Below, in pieces: positions 56,485 to 64,000 of a stretch of 64,000 nucleotides of DNA. The notes beneath the pieces are model-generated. The model saw only the letters and a program-made list of their open reading frames with translations. It was not told where the DNA came from and did no database searches. The DNA is from a virus (lineage: Duplodnaviria > Caudoviricetes). Numbering within the stretch: position 1 is the first letter of the stretch; each line of letters begins with the position of its first letter. Both the position numbers and the translations under genes were made by a program. The stretch lies in IMG/VR virus record IMGVR_UViG_3300037420_001397, positions 559 to 64,558 of that record, one strand, 5' to 3'.

Positions 56485-56957
56485 CCATTCTTCTCAAGCA
56501 AAGCACTGCCGTCACCCTGGTGCTCGGCCCGTTCACTGACAGCACCGATGGCGTCACCGCCGAGACGGCGCTTTCTCTCACGCAAGCCAAGGTCCGCGTG
56601 AGCAAGAACGCTGCGGCGTTCGCTCAGAAATCGGACACGACGACGGCCACGCACATGGAAAACGGCTACTACTCGGTGCCGCTCAATGCCACCGACACCG
56701 GTACGCTGGGGCGGCTGCGCGTAGCCGTGAACGAGACCGGTGCTTGCCCGGTGTGGCAGGACTTCATGGTTGTGCCGTCGAACGTGTACGAGAGCCTGGT
56801 GGGTGGCACCGAGTGGCTGGAAACCACGGGCTTGCGCGCGGACTTCAGCATCTCCGGCGCAACGCTGACGGTGAAGAAGCAGGACGGCTCCACCACGCAG
56901 TTCACGCAGACGCTGACCACCGACGCCGCAGCCGTTCCCATCGTCGGCGCAGCCTGA
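56481..56957 (+). CDS. Virion fibre-associated protein
   Basis: LKQSTA...GPFTDSTDGVTAETAL...HMENGYY. Confidence 0.7.
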   Translation: MTILLKQSTAVTLVLGPFTDSTDGVTAETALSLTQAKVRVSKNAAAFAQKSDTTTATHMENGYYSVPLNATDTGTLGRLRVAVNETGACPVWQDFMVVPSNVYESLVGGTEWLETTGLRADFSISGATLTVKKQDGSTTQFTQTLTTDAAAVPIVGAA

Positions 56958-56965
56958 GGTAAATC

Positions 56966-58672
56966 GTGGCGGGCGGTTTTCGCTCGCTGGCGCTGCCAGA
57001 GCTGGGTGGCGTCAGTGCGCTCGGCCCTGGGCGCACCACCTCCGCTGGGCTCTCGGTAGCCGTCAGCACAAAGCCCACGGCCAGCGCCGGCCTGAGCGCG
57101 CTGGTGCGCCTGGACGGCGGCTGGCGCAGTGTTGCGCTGTTGGAGTTGGGCGGTATCAGCGGGCCGCGCACGGGCGTGACCATCAGTGCGCCGCTGAGCA
57201 TCTACATCCGGCAGGGCGGTTTCCGCAGTGCCGCGCTGCTTGAGCTCGGCGGTGTCGGCGCCGTCTCAGTCCCGGTTTCCAAGGCCAATGCGGCGCTGTC
57301 CGTCGTGGTCCAGCAGGCCGGCTCTGTGTCGGCGCTGCTGTCGGCGCCGGTGCAGGCTGCGCGCACGGCCAGCACCGAACTGAGCGCGCAGATCGTCACG
57401 ACGGCCAGCGGTTTCCGCGGCCTGGCACTCCTGGAAGCGGGCGGCATCTCGGCGGCACCTCCGCAGACGCCCCAGGTGCCGGCGTACGACGAAGGCCTGC
57501 CCCAAGCGTGGGCTGCCGACATCGGCTGGTCGGCGGTCTACGCATACCAGCCCCTTGGCGTGCAGCCGGCGTTCAACCAGCGCAGCGCCACGCTGGACGC
57601 AGCGCTGTCGGTCAGCGTGTACGAGCCGCGCTCGACCGAAGTGCCGCTGTCGTCGGCCGTGCTGGAGGCGCGCTCGGCTGGGCTGGGGCTGAGCATCTAC
57701 ATCCGCCAGGACGGCGGCTTCCGCGGCCTTGCCGTGCTCGAGCTCGGTGGCATTGCTGCCGTGCCGCCGCAGACACCGGGCGTCCCGTTCTACGACGACG
57801 GCACGCCGCTGGCCTGGTCGGCTGACATCGGCTGGTCCGCGACGTACGCGCATGAGCAGGTCGGCATGCCGGTTTTTAACCGGGTGTCCAACGCGGAAGC
57901 CGAGATCCAGCTCAGCGCGGCCGTTCGCTTCAGCGCCACTCTGACGGCCGGGCTCTCGCTGCAGGTCTACTCCAACCCTGAGCTTGCGACGGCTCTGTCG
58001 GTGGCCATCGAGGCGTCGACGGAGCTGCCCGCCGATGTCTCGGTCGCGGTGCTCGACCGGCCCGTCGCAGTGGCAACCCTAGGCGTTTGCGTCATCACGC
58101 CGCTGACGGTGCAAGCCGAGCTGTCCGCCGCGGTTTCGGCGACCGTCGAACTGGCGACGGCGCTGGACGTTGCCGTGAGCGCTGAGCAGACAGCTGTGGC
58201 GGCACTGGGCGCTGTCGTGGCGCTTCGCGGCGACGTGTCTGCCGGCCTGTCGCTGGTGGTGCTGGAGCAGCACGCTGCGCCCATCGGCGCGAGCGTGGCT
58301 GTGCAGGCCCCGCACGAGATGGGTACGGCGCTGACCGCCGGCGTGCTGGTCAGCATCGAGGCGCCGGGCGTCGCCGTCAGCGCGCAGATCGTTGAGACCG
58401 TCGTCGGCAGCGTGCCGGTACCGGTGAGCGCGGCGGTGCAGCTGCTCGGCGCCGCCTCGTCGCCACTCTCGGCTGCGGTCGCCGCATCGAAGAGCGCCGC
58501 CGCGAACCTGGAGGTGTTTGTAGCCACCGGCCGCCGGCTGGTGCTCAACACGTCCGCCTATGTCGTTCCGGCCATCGTCTACACGCCCGCGCCCAGCGGC
58601 GACGGCTACAGCCCGGCCAGGCCGGGAGCAACGCGCCCGCGCAGCGGCGGAACAAAGAGACCTTCGAGGTAG
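56966..58672 (+). CDS. Repeat-rich fibre-like protein
   Basis: Five GG[FW]R..A..E.GG motifs, a duplicated PQTP..YD.G.P.AW.ADIGWSA.YA module, and A.LS..V repeats. Confidence 0.7.
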   Translation: MAGGFRSLALPELGGVSALGPGRTTSAGLSVAVSTKPTASAGLSALVRLDGGWRSVALLELGGISGPRTGVTISAPLSIYIRQGGFRSAALLELGGVGAVSVPVSKANAALSVVVQQAGSVSALLSAPVQAARTASTELSAQIVTTASGFRGLALLEAGGISAAPPQTPQVPAYDEGLPQAWAADIGWSAVYAYQPLGVQPAFNQRSATLDAALSVSVYEPRSTEVPLSSAVLEARSAGLGLSIYIRQDGGFRGLAVLELGGIAAVPPQTPGVPFYDDGTPLAWSADIGWSATYAHEQVGMPVFNRVSNAEAEIQLSAAVRFSATLTAGLSLQVYSNPELATALSVAIEASTELPADVSVAVLDRPVAVATLGVCVITPLTVQAELSAAVSATVELATALDVAVSAEQTAVAALGAVVALRGDVSAGLSLVVLEQHAAPIGASVAVQAPHEMGTALTAGVLVSIEAPGVAVSAQIVETVVGSVPVPVSAAVQLLGAASSPLSAAVAASKSAAANLEVFVATGRRLVLNTSAYVVPAIVYTPAPSGDGYSPARPGATRPRSGGTKRPSR

Positions 58673-58674
58673 CT

Positions 58675-59250
58675 GTGCCGACGATCAAGATTACGGACGC
58701 GAGCACTGAACCGGTGTCCCTCGCAGAGGCAAAGCTGCACCTGCGCGTCGATGCCAGCGCGACGGACGAGGATGCGCTGATCGGCGCACTCATCACGGCG
58801 GCGCGTCAGATGGCCGAAGGCGAGCTGCAGCGCACGCTGGTGTCGACGCTCTGGGAACTGCGCACCGACGGCTTCTCTGATGCCCTGCGCCTGGACTGGC
58901 CGCGCGTGCAGGGGGTCGAATCGCTGCAGTTCCTGGACGCCGACGGCGTGCTGCGCACCCTGGATCCGGCGGACTACGTGCTTGACGCATCGAGCGACGC
59001 CGGACCGGCCTGGCTCGTGCCGGCGCGCGGCAAAGCGTGGCCGGACACGAGCGACGAGATCAATGCCGTGCGGGTGCGCTACACGGCCGGCTACGGCGAC
59101 AGCGCCGACGATGTGCCGGCGGCGATCCGGCAGTGGATCTTGCTGCACGTCGGCGCCATGTACGACCGCCGCGAGGCCGTGGATGCGGCAGGCATGCAGC
59201 CTCTGTCGTTCCTGTGCAGCCTCCTGGATCCGTACCGGGTGTTCGGCTGA
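58675..59250 (+). CDS. Head-tail connector (gp6-like)
   Basis: EPVSLAEAKLHLRVD...VPAAIRQWILLHVGAMYDRRE. Confidence 0.93.
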   Translation: MPTIKITDASTEPVSLAEAKLHLRVDASATDEDALIGALITAARQMAEGELQRTLVSTLWELRTDGFSDALRLDWPRVQGVESLQFLDADGVLRTLDPADYVLDASSDAGPAWLVPARGKAWPDTSDEINAVRVRYTAGYGDSADDVPAAIRQWILLHVGAMYDRREAVDAAGMQPLSFLCSLLDPYRVFG

Positions 59251-59576
59251 TGGGCGCGGGCCAGTACGACACGCAGGTGGCGCTGCACAAGCGCCAGTCC
59301 GGCCAGGACGCCGCCGGGCAGCCGGTGCAGACGTGGACGGTGTTCGCCGCCGGCGTCTGGGCCGACGTGCGCCACCTCTCCGGCCTCGAAGCCATCAAGG
59401 CCGGCGCCGACACGTCGACGACGCGCGCATCAGTGCGCATCCGCTGGCGCGCGGGAATCGACGCCGGCATGCGCGTCGTGTCGGGCGCAACGACATACGA
59501 AATCCAGTCCGTCCTGCCGAATCGGCGCGGCGGCTACATCGACCTGGCCTGCGAGGCCGTCAACGTCCGGACCTGA
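59250..59576 (+). CDS. Head closure protein (gp16-like)
   Basis: GQYDTQV...WADVRHLSGLE...IRWRAGI. Confidence 0.92.
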   Translation: MGAGQYDTQVALHKRQSGQDAAGQPVQTWTVFAAGVWADVRHLSGLEAIKAGADTSTTRASVRIRWRAGIDAGMRVVSGATTYEIQSVLPNRRGGYIDLACEAVNVRT

Positions 59577-59579
59577 CTC

Positions 59580-60122
59580 ATGGCCAAGGAGTTTCACGAC
59601 AGCGTCGCCCAGCCGGTGACGGTCACGGGCACGGGTAACGCGACGCTGTCCACGACCACGTCATACCCGGCCCGGCGCACGCTGCAGTCCGTCGTGTCGG
59701 CTGGTGCCGTTGTGCAGTACCGCATCGCGGCGGTGGACGCCAACGGCATCGAGACCGGCGAATGGGAGACGGGCGAGGGCACGTACCTGGGCAGTGACAT
59801 CTTTCAGCGCACCACGCCGGATGCCGGCGCAAGCAGCGCTGGCGGCAGCGCCGTCCCGGTGAACTTCACCGCCGGCACGACGAAGAAATTCACGCTCTCC
59901 ATCAACGCGGACGTTCTGCGGCTGTTCGCGGCAATGACTGGCGGTGCCTTGCTGACATACGACAGCGACGACGACGTAGCCACCGCAACGATCAACAGCA
60001 CGACGTTCACGCTGGGCTACACGACCGTCGCCGGGAAGAAGACCTGGACCTCGGTCACCGGCGGCAGCGCAACGATCACCCTGAACTACGACAGCAACGG
60101 TCGGTTCGTGTCGTACTCCTGA
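59580..60122 (+). CDS. Fibre N-terminal-domain-like protein
   Basis: TGTG...Y.I...WETGEGT...RTT...SS.GG..V.F.AG motif typical of fibre proteins. Confidence 0.65.
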   Translation: MAKEFHDSVAQPVTVTGTGNATLSTTTSYPARRTLQSVVSAGAVVQYRIAAVDANGIETGEWETGEGTYLGSDIFQRTTPDAGASSAGGSAVPVNFTAGTTKKFTLSINADVLRLFAAMTGGALLTYDSDDDVATATINSTTFTLGYTTVAGKKTWTSVTGGSATITLNYDSNGRFVSYS

Positions 60123-60135
60123 GTCCTGAGGAATC

Positions 60136-60507
60136 ATGGCAGACATCCCCTTCTTTCTCGGGACGATTCCCGGCGGCGTCGAGTTGCGCGGCGCCGGCGA
60201 TGGGCCGGCAGAGATTGCGTTTCCGCTGGCGTCGCTCGCGGGCCCGGCGTCCAGCATCGTGACCATTCAGACCGCCAACGTCGCGCAGACGCTGGCTGCC
60301 GCTCGCGTGGACCGCAAGGGGTGGGCACTGCAGAACTTCGACGAAGAGTTGTGGTGGGAGTACACGAACAACCCCGTGCTGTACCAGTCGTTCAAGATCG
60401 ATCCGTACGCCTTCTGGATCTGCCCGCCCAGCCTGCTGACTGGCGCCGCCATTAAGATCCTTGGTGCGCGCGCCGGCCAGCGCTTCTGCTTCCGCGAGGC
60501 CTTCTGA
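60136..60507 (+). CDS. Hypothetical virion protein
   Basis: GAGG RBS; ORF in the late operon. Confidence 0.6.
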   Translation: MADIPFFLGTIPGGVELRGAGDGPAEIAFPLASLAGPASSIVTIQTANVAQTLAAARVDRKGWALQNFDEELWWEYTNNPVLYQSFKIDPYAFWICPPSLLTGAAIKILGARAGQRFCFREAF

Positions 60508-61052
60508 TGTACGGCGGCCTCTTCGTTCCGAACACGAACCCGACGTCGCGGCTGTTCCGCCTGACAGCGGACGCCGGCGACACGGCGGCGCCTGGCAACA
60601 CCAGCATGCGTGCCATGGCTGGCTGTGTGTGCACGGTGCCGGCCAACGCGTTGCGCGTGGGAGATCTGCTGCGCATCTACGTGGCGATCGGCAAGGGCAC
60701 GAACTCCACCTCGTCAACTACGGATGCCATCCAGACGGCGCTGTATGCGGGTGCAAATGGCAACCTGACCGACACGCCGATCAGTTCGTTCGGCATCACG
60801 ACGAACACGACCACGACCACAGCCGGTTGGTCCACGGAGTGGCGAATCCTCAGCAACACGACGATGCGCAAGCAGGGCGCCGGCAGCGGCTTCTCAAGCA
60901 TGTCAGCCCAGATCACGAACGTCCGCCCGGCCATCGACACGATCCCGAACATCACCGCCGGTTTCAAGCTCACGCTCGCCGCGGCCATGACGGCATCTGG
61001 CGCGTCCGAGTGGTGCGTCGTGCAGGACTTCCGGATCTACGTAGAGCGTTGA
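60507..61052 (+). CDS. Hypothetical virion protein
   Basis: Thr-rich beta-sandwich-like composition. Confidence 0.6.
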   Translation: MYGGLFVPNTNPTSRLFRLTADAGDTAAPGNTSMRAMAGCVCTVPANALRVGDLLRIYVAIGKGTNSTSSTTDAIQTALYAGANGNLTDTPISSFGITTNTTTTTAGWSTEWRILSNTTMRKQGAGSGFSSMSAQITNVRPAIDTIPNITAGFKLTLAAAMTASGASEWCVVQDFRIYVER

Positions 61053-61053
61053 C

Positions 61054-63501
61054 ATGGCGACGGTCTACAAGTGGTATCCAGGCCACTACCTGCTCGGCGC
61101 TGGCTCCACCAGGGATCTCACGACGCTGCTCAATGGCATCGCCAGCACGACGGCGCCCACGAGCAACATTCCGAACCTGATCGGGGTGCAGATCCGCTAC
61201 ATCTGGCGGCAGCTGGAGGTCGAGGAGCCGGCGGGCTCTGGGACCTACGTCTACAAGTTCCAGTCCATCCTGGACGACCTGCAGACGCTCAAGGCCCGCA
61301 GCGACGCCATTGGGCGAAAGCTGTATCTGCGCATCCTGCTGCAGTTCAAGGGCATCGGCGGGCGTGGGGCTCCCAACTATCTGCGGCCCGGGCAGAGCGG
61401 ATACCGGAGCGAGTACGGCATCGGCGTCTACACCTGGGGCAACGCCGAGAACCCCGACGCGATCAACGAGCATCCGGCGCTGTGGATTCCCGCGGTCGAA
61501 GAGCGCCTGGCGCTGTTCATGGAGGCGATGGGGCAGGAGCTGGACAGCATCGGGCGCCCTGCGGGTGACATCCGCTACCACCTCAGCACCGTCGATTTCA
61601 ACGAGACGAGCTGGGGCAACAACAACGGCACGGCGCTGACGAGCACGCAGCAGGCTCAACAGAAGGACGCGCTGCTGCGCATCCAGCAGCGCACCAAGGT
61701 GAAGTTTCCGACGACCATCGTCGGCCACTTCGTGAACTTCCCGCCGTACGCCGTCACCAACATGTGCGGGCCGATGATCGATGCCGGCATCACGCTGGGC
61801 GGCCCTGACACCTGGTGGAACGACTCATCGGTTGAAAACGGCGTCTATCTCCGGTACGCGGACGCGCAGGGCAAGACCGCCATCAGCCCCAGCATCCAGA
61901 ACCAGAACTGGGAGCACAACAGCCACGCCGACGCGACGGCAACCCCTCGCGTCTACAGCATCGCTCACCTGAAGGACGCGAGCGGCAACCCGACGCTGCA
62001 GAAGGTCTATGACCGGATGACGACCACGGGCGTCACGGTTGACAGCACATTCCGCGCCGGCCTGCGCGGCACGCATATCACTTGGCAAGCGGCAACCTGG
62101 GCGCTGCACAACCCCGACGGCTCGCTGAGCTCGCTCAAGCCCTGGGACCTGATACGCAACTTCTTCTACAACAAGTGGATCACGCCGGGCCCGGATTACC
62201 AAAACACCACGCCCGGCGTTGTCACGACGATCCCGTCAAGGCTGGAAACCTCGGCACCACCACCCCCGCCATCCCCGCCGGGCGGCGTGACGCTGGCGCT
62301 CACCACCGACACCGGTCCGTTCAATACCGACAAGATCACGAGCAATGCCGCGGTGACCGTGACGGCCACGGCCGGCGCGACGATCCAGTACGCCACCGCC
62401 GACACCGGCCCCTGGTCCAGCACGGCGCCGACGCCGGTGCAGGGAACGAACACCTGGTACGCGCGTCAAGTCGTCAGTGGCACGCCCAGTGCCGCTTCGG
62501 CGCCGCTCACGTTCGTGTACGACAACGATCCGCCCGACCTGGCGCAGATCACCGTCAACGCCAACGTCCTGCTGATCACGTACACCGACACGGCCAACCT
62601 TTCCAACGTCACCGGCTTCAAGGCGCCGCTGACCGCGTTCGTGGTCAAGGCCAACGGCTCGACGGTCGCGGTCACCGGCGCTTTCGTCAACGAAGATATG
62701 AAGCGGGTGAGGCTGGACCTCGGCTCGTCGGTAGCGTCTGGCGCGACCGTCACCGTGAGCTACACCCAACCCACGAGCGGCACAAACCGCACGCAGGATT
62801 ACGCTGGCAACTACGCCGCGAATTTCACGGACGCGCCCGTCATCAACACGACTGGCCTGTCCACGCCGACCACCACGGCCACGGTCGTGACCGTAGCCGG
62901 CAAGACGGCGGGCAGCTCGATAAACAGCGCCGCGCCCGCCGCGGTCGGGACGATCAGTGCCGGACTCACTGGCGCCGAGGTCCTGGAAATCCAGCGCCTG
63001 TCCGGCTCCGCATCGACCTACACCACGCTCGGCAATGCCACGGTCACGGGCACGGACTGGACGTTTGCCGACAGCGGCTTGGCTGAGGGGTCGCACACGT
63101 ACCGTGCGCGCGTGCGTGTGGGCGACCTGCTCGGACCGTTCAGCGCGACGTTTGCCGTCATCGTCGATCTCACGCCGCCGCTTGCGCCATCTGTCACCGG
63201 CGCTTCGGTGCCGTGGAACCAGGCGCCGACGATCCTGGGCAGCTGGGGCAATGGCGCCGGCGACACGCTGTCCGTGGCGGTGGGTGGCGACATCTACACG
63301 ACGGCCAACGGGCTTACCATCGCCGGCACGTCGTGGACGCTGGCGCTGCCGGTGATGGAGCCTGGGCGCTACGCGCTCACGGCCGTTGCCGTCGATGCCG
63401 CCGGAAACATTGCCGTCGACGAAGACGATGCCGATCTCGTCGTCGCGCCGCGCCCGTCTCTCAACCACGCCCGCCTGGCCAAGGCGCGTCGGAGACGATG
63501 A
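61054..63501 (+). CDS. Glycoside-hydrolase-like domain plus Ig-like/SwmB-like repeats
   Basis: WYPGHY...GVQIRYIWRQLE...Y.F N-terminus; Pro linker; three or more beta-sandwich repeats. Confidence 0.65.
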   Translation: MATVYKWYPGHYLLGAGSTRDLTTLLNGIASTTAPTSNIPNLIGVQIRYIWRQLEVEEPAGSGTYVYKFQSILDDLQTLKARSDAIGRKLYLRILLQFKGIGGRGAPNYLRPGQSGYRSEYGIGVYTWGNAENPDAINEHPALWIPAVEERLALFMEAMGQELDSIGRPAGDIRYHLSTVDFNETSWGNNNGTALTSTQQAQQKDALLRIQQRTKVKFPTTIVGHFVNFPPYAVTNMCGPMIDAGITLGGPDTWWNDSSVENGVYLRYADAQGKTAISPSIQNQNWEHNSHADATATPRVYSIAHLKDASGNPTLQKVYDRMTTTGVTVDSTFRAGLRGTHITWQAATWALHNPDGSLSSLKPWDLIRNFFYNKWITPGPDYQNTTPGVVTTIPSRLETSAPPPPPSPPGGVTLALTTDTGPFNTDKITSNAAVTVTATAGATIQYATADTGPWSSTAPTPVQGTNTWYARQVVSGTPSAASAPLTFVYDNDPPDLAQITVNANVLLITYTDTANLSNVTGFKAPLTAFVVKANGSTVAVTGAFVNEDMKRVRLDLGSSVASGATVTVSYTQPTSGTNRTQDYAGNYAANFTDAPVINTTGLSTPTTTATVVTVAGKTAGSSINSAAPAAVGTISAGLTGAEVLEIQRLSGSASTYTTLGNATVTGTDWTFADSGLAEGSHTYRARVRVGDLLGPFSATFAVIVDLTPPLAPSVTGASVPWNQAPTILGSWGNGAGDTLSVAVGGDIYTTANGLTIAGTSWTLALPVMEPGRYALTAVAVDAAGNIAVDEDDADLVVAPRPSLNHARLAKARRRR

Positions 63502-64000
63502 ATGCCGAGCTTCTCTCTCGACGTCGACATCGACGACCTGCTTAGCAGCGTCGGTGCCATGCAGGAGCGCGCCGAGGCTGCCGCGCGCCCGGCCGCCCAG
63601 GCTGCGGCGCAGGTGCTCTATGACGCGGTCCAGGCCAACGTCGCGCGCATCAAAAAGCACACCGGCAACCTGGACCGCTCGATCTACCAGGCCTACAGCA
63701 TCGACAACAGCGGCCCCGGCCGCGCCACGTATCACATCAGCTGGAACGCCAAGAAGGCCCCGCACGGGCATCTGGTGGAGTACGGGCACATGCAGCGCTA
63801 CGTCTACTACCAGGACGACGCGGGCAACATCCGGCCAATGGTGCGTCCAGGCAAAGAGGGCACGCCAAAGCCAAAGCAGCGCGCCTCGCAGGCCGTGAAG
63901 GACGCGTACTACGTGCCACTGGAGGGCGGTCCGCGACTCGTTGCCGCGCGCCCGTTCATTCGGCCGGCCGTGGCGAAGATGAACGAGGCCATGGACGAAG
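63502..64000 (+). CDS. HK97 gp10-like neck protein (partial)
   Basis: MPSFSLD...TGNLDRSI...HLVEYGH...ARPFIRPA; runs off the window end. Confidence 0.85.
   Translation, partial: MPSFSLDVDIDDLLSSVGAMQERAEAAARPAAQAAAQVLYDAVQANVARIKKHTGNLDRSIYQAYSIDNSGPGRATYHISWNAKKAPHGHLVEYGHMQRYVYYQDDAGNIRPMVRPGKEGTPKPKQRASQAVKDAYYVPLEGGPRLVAARPFIRPAVAKMNEAMDE

Larger units (their letters stand above)
1..64000. mobile_element. Temperate lambdoid siphophage genome, circularly permuted, nearly complete
   Basis: Integrase/xis, cI/cro, replication, terminase, portal, capsid, tape measure and lysis genes all present; no host genes; window starts at a tail chaperone end and ends in an HK97 gp10-like gene. Confidence 0.97.

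Noticed and set aside
56966-58672. Diversity-generating retroelement TR/VR pair
   Set aside because: The internal repeats differ at all base types, not only adenines, and no reverse transcriptase is present
1-64000. CRISPR array
   Set aside because: No regularly spaced direct repeats with unique spacers were seen, and no cas genes

Overview
The whole window is one GC-rich temperate lambdoid siphophage genome with no host genes; the host is probably a PEP-CTERM-using Burkholderiales bacterium (inference). It is circularly permuted: it opens in the tail genes and ends in the neck genes, and the attP region beside the integrase is intact. Gene order: tape measure and tailspike; lysis; a moron region (Pol-beta nucleotidyltransferase, HAF-repeat protein, PEP-CTERM protein); attP/int/xis; early-left operon (RlmN/Cfr-like radical SAM enzyme, MazG-like pyrophosphatase, clamp-like protein, recombination pair); immunity region (OL/OR operators, cI, cro); replication and nin-like region; Q-like gene; an AT-richer toxin plus HTH-ImmA moron; late promoter; a tRNA-like element; terminase, portal, protease and capsid; and two unusual blocks of fibre/glycanase-like genes among the head-completion genes. 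Most notable: a phage-borne PEP-CTERM/HAF surface module alongside several virion polysaccharide-degrading candidates, a CI lacking both autocleavage residues, a polyproline leader ahead of a SLATT-like 2TM protein, an RlmN-like enzyme, an anti-Shine-Dalgarno hairpin, a tRNA-like RNA with an enlarged anticodon loop, and an endolysin-membrane protein fusion with an internal start. All family calls come from motif recognition by eye, not database searches.
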